Shown: one piece after another, positions 24,443-34,114 of the stretch
How positions within the stretch are numbered: the stretch's first letter is position 1
How the letters are laid out: each line of letters opens with the position of its first letter
DNA from: an uncultured Weeksellaceae bacterium
GTDB lineage: Bacteria > Bacteroidota > Bacteroidia > Flavobacteriales_D > CAYVSK01
NCBI GenBank assembly: GCA_964453635.1
Contig: CAYVSK010000003.1
Coordinates: forward strand, 7,922 to 62,017
DNA: 54,096 bases
Reading direction: 5' to 3'
Notes under the pieces: model-generated
The model's input: the letters and a program-made list of their open reading frames with translations, nothing else
What the model was told of the DNA's origin: nothing
Databases searched by the model: none
Program-made: the position numbers and the translations under genes

Positions 24443-25117
24443 ATGAAAAGCATCGCGATCCTTTTTCTTTTAACGCTTCCCGCCTGGATGCCGGTCAATG
24501 CGCAGCGGGGGCAAGAGGGAACCACGAACGACCCCAAGGCAAGAAAGATCCTCGATCGATTGAGCGAGAAACATGAAGAATATTCTTCGATAACGGCCTC
24601 CTTCACCAACAAAATGGTGAACAAAAAAGACGACCTGAGCCAGTCACAGGAAGGGGAACTGAGCGTGAAGGGCGATAAGTACCGGATGGAGTTGGAAGAA
24701 CAAAAAGTGGTCTCCAACGGAAAACTCCGGTGGACCTACCTGAAATCCGAGAACGAAGTGCATATACACGATGCTGATGAAGCGGAGGAAGGGGAGTTGG
24801 TCAAACCCTCCCAAATATTCACCATCTGGGAATCCGGTTTCAAATACAAACATGACGGGAAAAGCAAGGTAAACGGAAAGACTTGTGATGTGATCGAACT
24901 ATATCCCAAGGAGCCGGGCGAAAAATCTTACCATACCGTGAAACTGGAAGTGGACAGCAAAAATGACCGGATCCGCCGACTCACCGTTCTCGGAAAAGGC
25001 GGCACGAATTACATCTACCTGGTGAAGGATTTCAATACCAATAATGAACTTTCCAAAAGCACCTTTGAGTTCAAAAAATCCGAGCATCCGGGCGTTGAGG
25101 TAGTGGACTTCCGATAA
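24443..25117 (+). CDS. lolA: outer-membrane lipoprotein carrier protein LolA-like
   Basis: Start moved to ATG 24443 (MKSIAILFLLTLPAWMPVNAQ signal peptide). LolA-type pattern (ITASFTNKMVNKK...GELSVKGDKYRMELEEQKVVSNGK..WTY). The position directly after ftsK is typical. Confidence 0.7.
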   Translation: MKSIAILFLLTLPAWMPVNAQRGQEGTTNDPKARKILDRLSEKHEEYSSITASFTNKMVNKKDDLSQSQEGELSVKGDKYRMELEEQKVVSNGKLRWTYLKSENEVHIHDADEAEEGELVKPSQIFTIWESGFKYKHDGKSKVNGKTCDVIELYPKEPGEKSYHTVKLEVDSKNDRIRRLTVLGKGGTNYIYLVKDFNTNNELSKSTFEFKKSEHPGVEVVDFR

Positions 25118-25122
25118 TCCCT

Positions 25123-26409
25123 TTATTCCTTGTAAAAGACCTGCCCCCCTTTCATGACCATCTTTACCCTTTTCATGGCCTCAATATCCTTTAATGGGTC
25201 GCCATCCACAGCGATCAGGTCCGCCAATTTCCCTGTCTCAACCGACCCGAGACGGTCTTCCTCCCCGAGCATTTGAGCAGCCCGGATGGTTGCTGCTTTG
25301 ATCGTCTCCATAGGGGACATGCCCGCCTCTTTCATATAACGGAATTCCTTCCAGTTCTCTCCGTGCGGGAACACACCGGCATCCGTTCCAAAAGCCACCT
25401 TCACCCCTTTTTCATAAGCCTTTTTAAAGGTTGACTGTAAGCGGGGACCGATCATTCTGGCTTTGGGGCGAACGACCTCCGGATAATAATCGGGATCCTC
25501 GGCTTTTTTGGCCACAAATTTGCCCGCTGTGAGGGTCGGGACCAACCAGGTCCCGTTTTCCTCCATAAGATCCATGATCTCCTCGGTCATCAGGGTCCCG
25601 TGCTCGATCGAATGAACACCCCCCTTAATGGACCGTTTCATGCCTTTGGCACCATGTGCATGAACAGCTACATGGTAACCATAATCTTCCGCCGTGTTCA
25701 CAATAGCCTCGATCTCTTCCTTACTGAACTGGGGGTTCTTGCTGTTCTTGGCCATGCTGAGGACCCCTCCGGTAGCCGTGATCTTGATCAGATCAGCCCC
25801 GTTCTTGTAACGCCACCGCACTGCTTCCCGGCACTGCGCCTCTCCATCTGCCACACCCTTCCTGGGGCCGGCATTCGGATCCAATTCCCGGCGGAAAGCA
25901 TTGGTCGGATCCCCATGGCCCCCGGTCGACCCAATGATCCTCCCTGAGGTGAAGATCCGGGGCCCCTCTATTTTTCCAGCCTCGATGGCATCCCGACAAG
26001 CCAGATTCACACCATCCCCGCCAAGATCACGGACGGTAGTGAAACCCGCCCTGAGGGTCCGCTTAGCGTATTCCACAGTTCGAAAGGCGCGCTCTTCCCT
26101 GTTCTCTGTGAATTTTTTCATGTATTGTTTGGGGGAGGTCTCTTTGCTGATATGCACATGCATATCCATTAAACCAGGCATGACAGTTTTGTCCCGGAGC
26201 TTTATGACACGATCGGCCCTTCCCCCATGGTAACCGTCCTTAACGCCATGAATGGAATCACCTGCCACGATCACCGTGACATTTTGCCGGGGCTCGGGAT
26301 CCACACCCGTTATCAAACTGCCGCATTGGAGGTAACGCTTATCCTGCCCCTCAGCGTCCCCGACCCCGAAAGAGAACAAAGCGACCATCAACATCGTTCT
26401 GATATACAT
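25123..26409 (-). CDS. secreted metal-dependent amidohydrolase family protein
   Basis: Start moved to ATG 26409 (MYIRTMLMVALFSFGVGDAEG signal peptide). Metal-binding motif GLMDMHVHI. Further motifs VAVHAHG, SIEHG and AFGTDAG. Confidence 0.8.
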   Translation of the reverse strand: MYIRTMLMVALFSFGVGDAEGQDKRYLQCGSLITGVDPEPRQNVTVIVAGDSIHGVKDGYHGGRADRVIKLRDKTVMPGLMDMHVHISKETSPKQYMKKFTENREERAFRTVEYAKRTLRAGFTTVRDLGGDGVNLACRDAIEAGKIEGPRIFTSGRIIGSTGGHGDPTNAFRRELDPNAGPRKGVADGEAQCREAVRWRYKNGADLIKITATGGVLSMAKNSKNPQFSKEEIEAIVNTAEDYGYHVAVHAHGAKGMKRSIKGGVHSIEHGTLMTEEIMDLMEENGTWLVPTLTAGKFVAKKAEDPDYYPEVVRPKARMIGPRLQSTFKKAYEKGVKVAFGTDAGVFPHGENWKEFRYMKEAGMSPMETIKAATIRAAQMLGEEDRLGSVETGKLADLIAVDGDPLKDIEAMKRVKMVMKGGQVFYKE

Positions 26410-26528
26410 AAAAAAGGTTTTTGGGATCCGTTCTACGAAATAAGAAGATCGGCACAGATACAAGCTCCTTTTTAACAAAGGAAGCATCTGTGTGACCAAA
26501 TGGCATGGAATTGCTACCTTGGATAAAA

Positions 26529-27251
26529 ATGCGCTTCCTGGTCCTTCATATCCTGATCGCCTTCTGCACCCACAGCCCCTCCCTTTTCGGTCAACCCGAA
26601 ACATCCGGGGATTCCACCGAAGGAGCGAGAGACCCCTTTCATGTTCTGAAACTGGAGAAAGTCGGCAACGATACCCTCCCCTCCGTTGAATTAAGCCCCG
26701 TCTACATCAACGACTGGGACCCTGAAACAGGGCGGGCTTATCGACGAAAATACCGAAAGCTGCGGAAAAAGGTGGTCAAGGTCTATCCCTATGCAAAGGT
26801 TGCGGGCTTGTTACTCCAGCAGTACAATCGTCATCTCGATAGCTTGAACAACGAGATCCGGCGTAAATTCTACATGAAGAAAACTGAAAAGGATTTGAAA
26901 AGGGAGTTCAAGGACGACATCAAAAACCTGAGCCTGTCCGAGGGATTGATCCTCATCAAGCTTATTGACCGGGAAACGGGCAACACCTCTTTTCAGGTCA
27001 TCAAGGAGATGCGCGGCGGATTCTCAGCATTCATGTGGCAAGCCCTTGCCAAGGTTTTCGGCGCCGACCTGAAAAGGTCCTACGCACCGGATGGAGAGGA
27101 CCGGATCATCGAAAAGATCGTGCAACGGATCGAAGCCGGTAATATCCGGATCCCTGAGCGAACGATCCAAACGGAAAAGGTCAGGAACGTCCTGAGTCGT
27201 GCAGGCGGGAAGCAGAAGTGGTGGAAGGAAGGGAACGACAAAGGCTCATAG
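26529..27251 (+). CDS. hypothetical secreted protein (DUF4294-like)
   Basis: Start moved to ATG 26529 (MRFLVLHILIAFCTHSPSLFGQ). The conserved-looking core (VYPYAKVAGLLL...LIKLIDRETGNTSFQVIKEMRGGFSAFMWQALAKVFGADLK) is recalled from memory as DUF4294. This assignment is unverified. Confidence 0.5.
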   Translation: MRFLVLHILIAFCTHSPSLFGQPETSGDSTEGARDPFHVLKLEKVGNDTLPSVELSPVYINDWDPETGRAYRRKYRKLRKKVVKVYPYAKVAGLLLQQYNRHLDSLNNEIRRKFYMKKTEKDLKREFKDDIKNLSLSEGLILIKLIDRETGNTSFQVIKEMRGGFSAFMWQALAKVFGADLKRSYAPDGEDRIIEKIVQRIEAGNIRIPERTIQTEKVRNVLSRAGGKQKWWKEGNDKGS

Positions 27252-27920
27252 AACACTATAGAGCCCTCTGCTCTCGATGTATTTGCGGATCAAAAAGAAC
27301 TTGACCTTTTTTCTTCCCCTTTTGACCCGCTTCTGAAGAGACTTTTCAGATATTCCGGTCCGTTCTCCTTTTGTTCTGTTAAAATGGGGAAAATCGATAT
27401 CAGGGATCGGCTCTCCAAGAAAAGGACAGAGCTTTTCCCATCCTTCCCCCTTTGTCACATCGATCTCGAGCAGGTCTTTCGGCCGATCGCGAAAATAGGC
27501 CCGCACTTTCTCGTTGTGTTGGCGGTAGACCTCGATAGCATGCGCTTTATCCCCTTTTGGTAATCCCTTTCCCTTCCCGTATACCCATTCGTGCATAGGG
27601 GCCCTGAGACCGCCAATATGACGGGAAACACTTTGATACCACGCTTCTTCGTCCCGTATGGTCAGAATGAAGCGACAACCCGGCACGTGTTCATCGATCC
27701 GTTCGAAGATGAGGGGCCAGGGATTGTCCTCGACCGCATCGTACTTGGAAAGTTCTCGGAAAACCTTCTCATACCGCCCTTCCAGGATGGGCAAAAGCAG
27801 GCGTGGCTTATTATCCCCAACCCGGTAACCAAGGATCTTAAGCGCCTCCCGAATGGTGGAAGTCCCGGTTTTCTGGAATCCAACACCAATGATCTTGTTA
27901 CGCGGATATTCAATAGCCAT
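27246..27920 (-). CDS. sulfotransferase family protein
   Basis: Start moved to ATG 27920, because the longer ORF would run into the tRNA gene. It has a PAPS 5'-phosphosulfate loop (GFQKTGTSTI) and a 3'-phosphate motif (LTIRDEEAWYQS). Confidence 0.7.
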   Translation of the reverse strand: MAIEYPRNKIIGVGFQKTGTSTIREALKILGYRVGDNKPRLLLPILEGRYEKVFRELSKYDAVEDNPWPLIFERIDEHVPGCRFILTIRDEEAWYQSVSRHIGGLRAPMHEWVYGKGKGLPKGDKAHAIEVYRQHNEKVRAYFRDRPKDLLEIDVTKGEGWEKLCPFLGEPIPDIDFPHFNRTKGERTGISEKSLQKRVKRGRKKVKFFLIRKYIESRGLYSVL

Positions 27921-27941
27921 GGGAGCGGGCCGGGAAGCAAG

Positions 27942-28023
27942 TGCCGAAGGTGGGATTCGAACCCACACTCCCGAAGGAACACGATTTTGAGTCGTGCGCG
28001 TCTACCAATTCCGCCACTTCGGC
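27942..28023 (-). tRNA. tRNA-Leu (anticodon CAA), class II with long variable arm
   Basis: The manual cloverleaf is acceptor GCCGAAG/CTTCGGC, anticodon stem CACGA/TCGTG with loop CTCAAAA, variable arm TCC-TTCG-GGA, T arm GTGGG-TTCGAAT-CCCAC, and discriminator A. No CCA is encoded. Confidence 0.9.
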
Positions 28024-28046
28024 CTGTATTCTTACGATCAGCACCG

Positions 28047-28054
28047 CAAAGTTA
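28047..28054 (-). promoter_or_regulatory. putative -7 promoter box TAACTTTG for tRNA-Leu
   Basis: Exact TAnnTTTG on the minus strand, 23 nt upstream of the mature tRNA 5' end. Confidence 0.45.
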
Positions 28055-28109
28055 GCCAAAAGTGCCAGAAGGACAATCGGTCCGCCATCCCGTAAGCAGA
28101 CCGTAGTCC

Positions 28110-28895
28110 CTAACCCGTTGCCGCTGCCTTTACTTTCTCTTTTCCGGCATCCTTTCTGACCAGGACCCCATCCTTTAGAACTGGGATAACATCGGTTTGA
28201 TCGGGCGTTAGGGAGTGTTTGATGTCCTCGCCCAGGTTCAGGTCCTTTAGCCTTCTCCTGTGGGAAGAGGACTTAAGGAACCCGAAATAATTGTGCCGGG
28301 CCGAACGGTAAAGATACTTGGCCGAGATCGAGGAATCATGGAAAGAAGTAAAGTGGCCGCTGTCGATCAAGCGGTCGGCGATACCACCAGCACAGATCGT
28401 GTCCTCGAGGTTAAAGCGATTTTCCCAACCAGCACACAAGAGTAGAACATTCCGGTTTCTTTCCTGGAGATAATTGCAAACGGCATCAAAGTTTACCAAA
28501 GCCCCCACGATGACCTCCGGCATTTCTTCCACTTCTTTGAGGGCTTGTGTGCCATTGGTGGTCGTCATGGCGATAGTTTCACCGCGGAAACGATCCGTTT
28601 CATAATCGAGTGGGGAATTCCCCAACTGAAACCCCTCTACGACCTGCCCTTTCCTTTCCGCAGCAGCCAAATAACCCGCATCCCGGTATTCCCGGGCCTC
28701 TTCTATGGTCTCAAGCGGAACGATCTTTTCCACTTGATGGTGAAAAGCCATGCAAATGGCCGTGGTAGCCCGCAACACATCGATCACGACCGCGATCTCG
28801 TGTTCATCCTTGTGCAGCGGGTAAAGATTGGGAGAAAAACAGACCTCGACACGGTTCCGCCTGTCATTATGGTCCTGTTGAAAAGTAGGGGTCAT
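28110..28895 (-). CDS. comB: 2-phosphosulfolactate phosphatase family protein (ComB-like)
   Basis: 261-aa ORF with family motifs ([26 protein letters not shown]). Its start overlaps the gcvT stop (ATGA). Confidence 0.7.
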   Translation of the reverse strand: MTPTFQQDHNDRRNRVEVCFSPNLYPLHKDEHEIAVVIDVLRATTAICMAFHHQVEKIVPLETIEEAREYRDAGYLAAAERKGQVVEGFQLGNSPLDYETDRFRGETIAMTTTNGTQALKEVEEMPEVIVGALVNFDAVCNYLQERNRNVLLLCAGWENRFNLEDTICAGGIADRLIDSGHFTSFHDSSISAKYLYRSARHNYFGFLKSSSHRRRLKDLNLGEDIKHSLTPDQTDVIPVLKDGVLVRKDAGKEKVKAAATG

Positions 28896-29977
28896 TTTTT
28901 TTCTATAAAAGGCGGTTTCACGACCCGGGCGGGGACTTCTTTTTTCCGGATCGCCACTTTGATATCCGTCCCGGGTTCGCTGTATCGAACATCCAGATAC
29001 CCCAATCCAATGGGTTCCTTTAATACCGGGGACATGGTCCCGGAGGTCACTTCCCCGATGCGTTCTCCCGCCTCGTTGAGGAGCTTATAACCTTTTCGTG
29101 GGATCCCTTTATCGAGGAGTTTGAAACCCATTAATTTCCGGGTAACCCCTGATTCCTTTTGTTCCTTCAATTGATCAGCGTTGACGAAGCCCTTCGTGAA
29201 CTTGGTGATCCATCCGAGCCGCGCTTCAATGGGGGATGTGCTCTCATCTATATCATTGCCGTATAGACAAAGCCCAACTTCCAACCGAAGCGTATCCCTT
29301 GCCGCCAGTCCTGCCGGTTTTATCCCATATTCCGCGCCAGCGTCCATGATGGCATCCCACATCTCAGTGGCATATTCATTGTCAAAGTACAACTCAAAGC
29401 CTTTCTCGCCGGTATATCCCGTATGAGAGATGATCACATCACTCACTCCAGCCATTTTACCCCACGAGAAGGAATAGAACTTGATGGAGGAAAGGTCCGT
29501 ATCGGTCAGTTTTTGAAGCGTCTCCTCCGACCGGGGCCCTTGAACAGCGATCAGAGCGGTCCGGTCAGACCAGTCCTCCATCTCAGCCCCTTCATTGTTG
29601 TGCTTCTGGATCCAGTCCCAGTCCTTTTGGATGTTCGCTGCATTGACGACGAGCATGTAGCGTTCCTCGTCGAGCATATAAATGATCAGGTCATCCACGA
29701 TCCCCCCTTCCTCGTTGGGCATACAGGAATACTGAGCCTTCCCGGGATACAGTTTATCCGCATCATTAGAGGAGACATACTGAAGCAGGGGCTTGGCATT
29801 TTTTCCTTTTAAGATGAATTCTCCCATGTGCGAAACATCAAAGAGCCCTACCGCATTGCGGACGGCCATGTGCTCATCATTCACCCCACTGTATTGAACA
29901 GGCATTCTGAAGCCCGCAAAGTCCACCATTTTTGCCCCCAAGGCCTCATGTTTAGCTGTAAGCGGTGTTTCCTTCAT
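28892..29977 (-). CDS. gcvT: glycine cleavage system aminomethyltransferase T protein
   Basis: 361-aa ORF with motifs [26 protein letters not shown] and RDTLRLE. Confidence 0.9.
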   Translation of the reverse strand: MKETPLTAKHEALGAKMVDFAGFRMPVQYSGVNDEHMAVRNAVGLFDVSHMGEFILKGKNAKPLLQYVSSNDADKLYPGKAQYSCMPNEEGGIVDDLIIYMLDEERYMLVVNAANIQKDWDWIQKHNNEGAEMEDWSDRTALIAVQGPRSEETLQKLTDTDLSSIKFYSFSWGKMAGVSDVIISHTGYTGEKGFELYFDNEYATEMWDAIMDAGAEYGIKPAGLAARDTLRLEVGLCLYGNDIDESTSPIEARLGWITKFTKGFVNADQLKEQKESGVTRKLMGFKLLDKGIPRKGYKLLNEAGERIGEVTSGTMSPVLKEPIGLGYLDVRYSEPGTDIKVAIRKKEVPARVVKPPFIEKK

Positions 29978-30065
29978 CTTCCCGGATTTTCTCCCCTCTA
30001 CATCAAAATATCGGGCCCTTATGAATAGAACAGCCCGTACCCTTATTCGGGGAGCCGATTTGCAA

Positions 30066-30073
30066 CAAAAGTA
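30066..30073 (-). promoter_or_regulatory. putative -7 promoter box TACTTTTG for gcvT
   Basis: Exact TAnnTTTG on the minus strand, about 88 nt upstream of ATG 29977. Confidence 0.4.
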
Positions 30074-30176
30074 AGAATTCTAAGGAGCCCGGTCCGGCCC
30101 ACCTACCCATCCCTTTGAAGGACCGACAAAACCGGCTCTTTATCAACAATATGGGGAATATTGCCCGAACTTTCCC

Positions 30177-30184
30177 TATCTTTG
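30177..30184 (+). promoter_or_regulatory. putative -7 promoter box TATCTTTG for the CapD-like gene
   Basis: Exact TAnnTTTG 12 nt upstream of ATG 30197. It lies downstream of the ORF-track TTG start (30161), which argues for the ATG. Confidence 0.4.
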
Positions 30185-30196
30185 GGGAAGCACTTC

Positions 30197-32095
30197 ATGA
30201 ATTTGGGCCCGAAGCATCGCATAAAACTTCCCGAGCAACACACCCCGAGATGGGCCATTCTACTGATCGATGTAGGGATCTGTCTGCTATCCCTCTTATT
30301 GGCCTTCGGCCTTCGCTTCAATTTCCAGATACCGACCAAGGGGATAAGTATGTTGACGAATGCTTTGCCCTTCTTTCTGGCGATCCGGATCGTTTCCTTC
30401 CTGATCGGGAAGACCTATGCAGGCATCATCCGGTATACGAGCACCGAGGACGCCGTCCGCTTATTCCTTACGGTCACGGCGGGTAGTATCCTTTTTGTAC
30501 TGCTCAACCCGGTGCGCTACTACCTTTTGGAAAGTCGTTATTTCCTGCCCTTTTCCGTGATCATTATCGATTACCTGGTGACCATCTTCATCCTCATTTC
30601 CTATCGAATGGCGATCAAGACCTTTCACCTCGAGACCCGAAGCCAACAAAAAGGTCAGAATGAAGGATTACTGATCTATGGGGCTGGCGAAATGGGGATC
30701 ATCACCAAGCGAACACTCGACCGGGATGCCTCCAATACCTATCGCTTGCTGGCTTTCCTGGATGACGACAAGAGCAAAGCAGGAAAGACCCTCGAAGGGA
30801 GCCCCATCATTCATTCGGACAAACTGGCCGACCTTATCGAACGGCGGGCCATAGCACAAGTGATCGTGGCGATCCGGAATCCGGATAAACAAAAGGAACG
30901 CGCCATCATTGACACCTGCATCGATCGGCAAGTGAAGGTAATGACCGTGCCTCCTGTGGACCAGTGGATCAATGGACAGCTCAGCCTCCGGCAGATCAAG
31001 GAAGTAAGGATCGACGATCTCCTCGGACGGAAACCGATACGACTCGATGAAAAAAGCGTTCAACGGAATCTAAAGGGAAGGAATGTTTTGGTTACCGGAG
31101 CTGCGGGTTCCATTGGCAGTGAGCTCGTACGCCAGGTCCTCAACTACGGTCCGGCCAGGGTCATTCTGCTCGATCAGGCAGAGTCCCAGCTTTACGAGTT
31201 GGAGGTCGAGCTTCGGGGTAAATACCCCGAGGGGAATTTTGAATGTGTGATCGGGGATATCCGGAACCGGGATCAAATGAACGCGGTCATCAAAGAACAA
31301 CGACCCGATATGGTATTTCACGCTGCTGCTTATAAGCATGTTCCCTTGATGGAGTCTCATCCCAGGGAAGCCACTCTGACCAACGTTATTGGCACAAAAG
31401 TGGTCGCTGATGCAGCGATATCGCACGGCGTGGAGGAATTCCTGATGATCTCTACGGACAAGGCCGTGAATCCCACGAGCGTCATGGGACTAACCAAACG
31501 TATGGCCGAGATCTATATCCAATCCCTAAACAAAGAGAGCAATACACGCTTTATAACCACTCGTTTCGGGAATGTATTGGATTCACACGGTTCGGTCATC
31601 CCCCTCTTCAAAAAACAGATACAAGAAGGGGGTCCGGTCACGGTCACCCACCCCGAGGTCACCCGCTATTTCATGACGATCCCGGAATCCGTTCAACTTG
31701 TCCTGGAAGCTGCGGCTATGGGAGCAGGAGGTGAGGTCTTTCTCTTTGATATGGGCCATTCGGTCAAGATCATCGACCTGGCCAAGAAAATGATACGCCT
31801 CTCGGGCTTCGAGCCTGAACTCGAGATCCCGATCAAAGTGACCGGACTACGCGCGGGGGAAAAATTGTATGAAGAGCTCCTGACCGATCAGGAAGAACAT
31901 CTCTCCACGCATCATCCCCAGATCATGATCGCCCGGATGGAGGAGTACCATCCCGAGCAGATCAGAAATGCCATCCATGAGCTCGAAGAAGCGATCGCGA
32001 ACCAGGAAAAGGAAGATATTATAAGGGCTCTCAAAGAAATGATACCGGAATCCAAGAGCCAACATGCCTATTCATCCCCGACCGGCACCAATTAA
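30197..32095 (+). CDS. membrane-anchored polysaccharide biosynthesis NDP-sugar 4,6-dehydratase/epimerase (CapD/WbpM/PglF-like)
   Basis: Start set to ATG 30197. N-terminal TM helices, a first Rossmann segment (LLIYGAGEMG), an SDR domain (VLVTGAAGSIGSEL, AAAYKHVP) and CapD-type RFGNVL. Confidence 0.85.
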   Translation: MNLGPKHRIKLPEQHTPRWAILLIDVGICLLSLLLAFGLRFNFQIPTKGISMLTNALPFFLAIRIVSFLIGKTYAGIIRYTSTEDAVRLFLTVTAGSILFVLLNPVRYYLLESRYFLPFSVIIIDYLVTIFILISYRMAIKTFHLETRSQQKGQNEGLLIYGAGEMGIITKRTLDRDASNTYRLLAFLDDDKSKAGKTLEGSPIIHSDKLADLIERRAIAQVIVAIRNPDKQKERAIIDTCIDRQVKVMTVPPVDQWINGQLSLRQIKEVRIDDLLGRKPIRLDEKSVQRNLKGRNVLVTGAAGSIGSELVRQVLNYGPARVILLDQAESQLYELEVELRGKYPEGNFECVIGDIRNRDQMNAVIKEQRPDMVFHAAAYKHVPLMESHPREATLTNVIGTKVVADAAISHGVEEFLMISTDKAVNPTSVMGLTKRMAEIYIQSLNKESNTRFITTRFGNVLDSHGSVIPLFKKQIQEGGPVTVTHPEVTRYFMTIPESVQLVLEAAAMGAGGEVFLFDMGHSVKIIDLAKKMIRLSGFEPELEIPIKVTGLRAGEKLYEELLTDQEEHLSTHHPQIMIARMEEYHPEQIRNAIHELEEAIANQEKEDIIRALKEMIPESKSQHAYSSPTGTN

Positions 32096-32121
32096 AAACC
32101 ATCCCATACGGGAAACAGGAT

Positions 32122-32156
32122 AGCCCCCGAAAAAGACAGGATCAGGATCGGGGGCT
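32122..32156. terminator. candidate bidirectional hairpin between the convergent CapD-like gene and bioA
   Basis: AGCCCCCGA-17 nt-TCGGGGGCT gives a 9-bp perfect stem. The flanks are only weakly T-rich on either strand. Confidence 0.35.
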
Positions 32157-32170
32157 TCTTGATGCCCTCC

Positions 32171-33460
32171 TTAAGTGCCCTTATCCTGAAGCCTTTCGAT
32201 CGCTCCCTGAACCGTTCTATGGATGGAATCCAGTTCTCCTTCAGTGATGCAGTAGGGAGGGACCACGTACACTTCATTCCCGAGGGGGCGCAAGAAGATG
32301 CCTTTTTCCAGAAAATAGCGGGCCAGACGATCCCTCAATGAATTGAAATAGGATGTCTCTTCGGTCGACCCCAATTCGACCGCCAATATGGTCCCCTTTT
32401 GACGGACATCACGCACACCAGCATCACCCTTTAGTTCCGACCGAAAGTGGTGATGTTGCTCAATGATCCGATGGATGTTCTGCCAGGTCTCCTCGTATTC
32501 AAAGAGGTCCAGGCTCGCATTCGCGGCCGTGCAGGCCAGCGGATTAGCTGTATAGGAATGGCCGTGAAAAAAGGTCTTTTTGCGATCCTTATCGTAAAAA
32601 GGGGTATGGATGTGCTCCTTGCACAATGTAGCAGCCAGGGCCATCGTGCCGCCGGTCAACCCTTTAGATAAGGCCATGATGTCGGGTTTATACGCCAGCT
32701 CATGCGTGGCGAACAAGGAACCGGTCCGGCCGAACCCCGTGAATACCTCATCTGCAATGGCCGGCACACCATAGTCCTGACACAGCGCAACAAGCCGTTC
32801 CAGGGGAGCACTTTCATGCATGATCATCCCTGATGCCCCCTGAACCAAAGGTTCAAAACAAAAGGCGGCCACATCACCTTTGCTCAACTTACGATCGAGC
32901 ATTCCATGAGCTTCCTCTTCCCTTCCCGGTGTAGGAGCAGGGATGTATTCCACCTCGAACATGAGGGGATCGAAAGGAGCATTAAAAGCGCTTTTGGCAC
33001 TTACGGACATGGCCCCGAAGGTGTCCCCGTGGTATCCGTTCTCAAAGGCAATGACCCGCGTTCTTTGTTGCCCTTGGTTGTACCAGTATTGCAAGGCCAT
33101 TTTAACGGCCGTCTCCATGGCCGTTGACCCATTGTCGGAAAAAAACACCTTACCCGGTCCTCCATCCCACTTCTCCAGCAAGCGTTCGGCCAATCTTACG
33201 GCCGGTTCATGGGTGAACCCGGCAAAGATCACATGTTCGAGGGACCGGTGCTGCTCATTGACCTTTTCGGCAATATAGGGATGCGCATGCCCATGGGTGT
33301 TCACCCACCAGGAGGATATCCCATCAAGGTATCCGTTTCCCGCTTCATCGAAGAGCCATGCCCCTTTCCCGCTAACAACAGGAATGGGGTCACCCGCTGA
33401 ATAGCGATGGGTAAAGGGATGCCACAGCACCTCGCGGTCTCGTTCAACGAGGGACTTCAT
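32171..33460 (-). CDS. bioA: adenosylmethionine-8-amino-7-oxononanoate aminotransferase
   Basis: 429-aa ORF with WHPFT, SSWWVNTHGH and ADEVFTGFGRTG. Last gene of the bio operon. Confidence 0.9.
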   Translation of the reverse strand: MKSLVERDREVLWHPFTHRYSAGDPIPVVSGKGAWLFDEAGNGYLDGISSWWVNTHGHAHPYIAEKVNEQHRSLEHVIFAGFTHEPAVRLAERLLEKWDGGPGKVFFSDNGSTAMETAVKMALQYWYNQGQQRTRVIAFENGYHGDTFGAMSVSAKSAFNAPFDPLMFEVEYIPAPTPGREEEAHGMLDRKLSKGDVAAFCFEPLVQGASGMIMHESAPLERLVALCQDYGVPAIADEVFTGFGRTGSLFATHELAYKPDIMALSKGLTGGTMALAATLCKEHIHTPFYDKDRKKTFFHGHSYTANPLACTAANASLDLFEYEETWQNIHRIIEQHHHFRSELKGDAGVRDVRQKGTILAVELGSTEETSYFNSLRDRLARYFLEKGIFLRPLGNEVYVVPPYCITEGELDSIHRTVQGAIERLQDKGT

Positions 33461-33478
33461 ACGCTACCAAGCTTCTTC

Positions 33479-34114
33479 TTAAAGGGTCCTTTCTTCGAGT
33501 GGGGCTAAATTAAAACGAGCAGCGTAGTTGGCGACCGTTTGCCGGTCCCAAAAAGGCTCCTCCCTGACCCTCCCAATAACGGGCATCTCCGTGTACCATT
33601 CTATGAAGGACTCTGTGGAGCGATTCTCCGGGCCGTTGAATATCAAGCCAACGACCTTTATTCCCCGACTTTTTAAGACTTCCAGGGAAAGCAGAGTGTG
33701 GTTTATACTACCGAGGTAATTTCTGGAGATCAGGACCACCCGGGCCTCGAAAGTACCGATCAGATCGATGATAAGATCCCCACGCGCATTGAGGGGAACC
33801 ATCAAGCCTCCGGCCCCTTCGATAAAAAGGGGACGATCCGTATCGGGCATCCGCATTCGACCCGGCTCGATGGAAACGCCATCGATCGCAGCCGCTCCAT
33901 GGGGAGACATTGCGGTACGAAGGCGATAGGATTCCGGATGACAGGTAGCATGGGGATCCTCAAGAAGACGGGCCACAAGCATGGTATCCGTATCATTCAA
34001 AGCACCAGCTTGAATGGGCTTCCAATAATCGCCACCCATAGCCTCTACCAAAATGGCCGATATCAGGGTCTTTCCTGCATCAGTTCCTGTTGCCGTCACG
34101 AAATAACTGGTCAT
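33479..34114 (-). CDS. bioD: dethiobiotin synthase
   Basis: 211-aa ORF with an N-terminal P-loop (FVTATGTDAGKT) and EGAGG. It overlaps the bioF end by 35 nt. Confidence 0.85.
   Translation of the reverse strand: MTSYFVTATGTDAGKTLISAILVEAMGGDYWKPIQAGALNDTDTMLVARLLEDPHATCHPESYRLRTAMSPHGAAAIDGVSIEPGRMRMPDTDRPLFIEGAGGLMVPLNARGDLIIDLIGTFEARVVLISRNYLGSINHTLLSLEVLKSRGIKVVGLIFNGPENRSTESFIEWYTEMPVIGRVREEPFWDRQTVANYAARFNLAPLEERTL

Noticed and set aside
26410-26604. The 65-aa upstream extension of the amidohydrolase ORF.
   Set aside because: The extension is Arg/Cys/Gly-rich, with no signal peptide, and overlaps the divergent DUF4294-like gene. ATG 26409 gives a typical signal peptide.
27921-27968. 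The upstream extension of the sulfotransferase ORF.
   Set aside because: It runs into the tRNA-Leu gene (27942-28023). ATG 27920 precedes the conserved P-loop-like start.
27921-28109. A possible tRNA-Leu-associated integrative element.
   Set aside because: No integrase, excisionase or phage gene is nearby. I could not see a direct repeat of the tRNA 3' end within the following few kb. Only the single sulfotransferase gene is suspicious (kept as a low-interest finding).
29978-30065. A possible glycine riboswitch in the ~88-nt gcvT leader.
   Set aside because: I could not find the conserved glycine-aptamer core sequences or a tandem aptamer-like fold, and the leader is short. A covariance-model scan (Rfam RF00504) would settle this.
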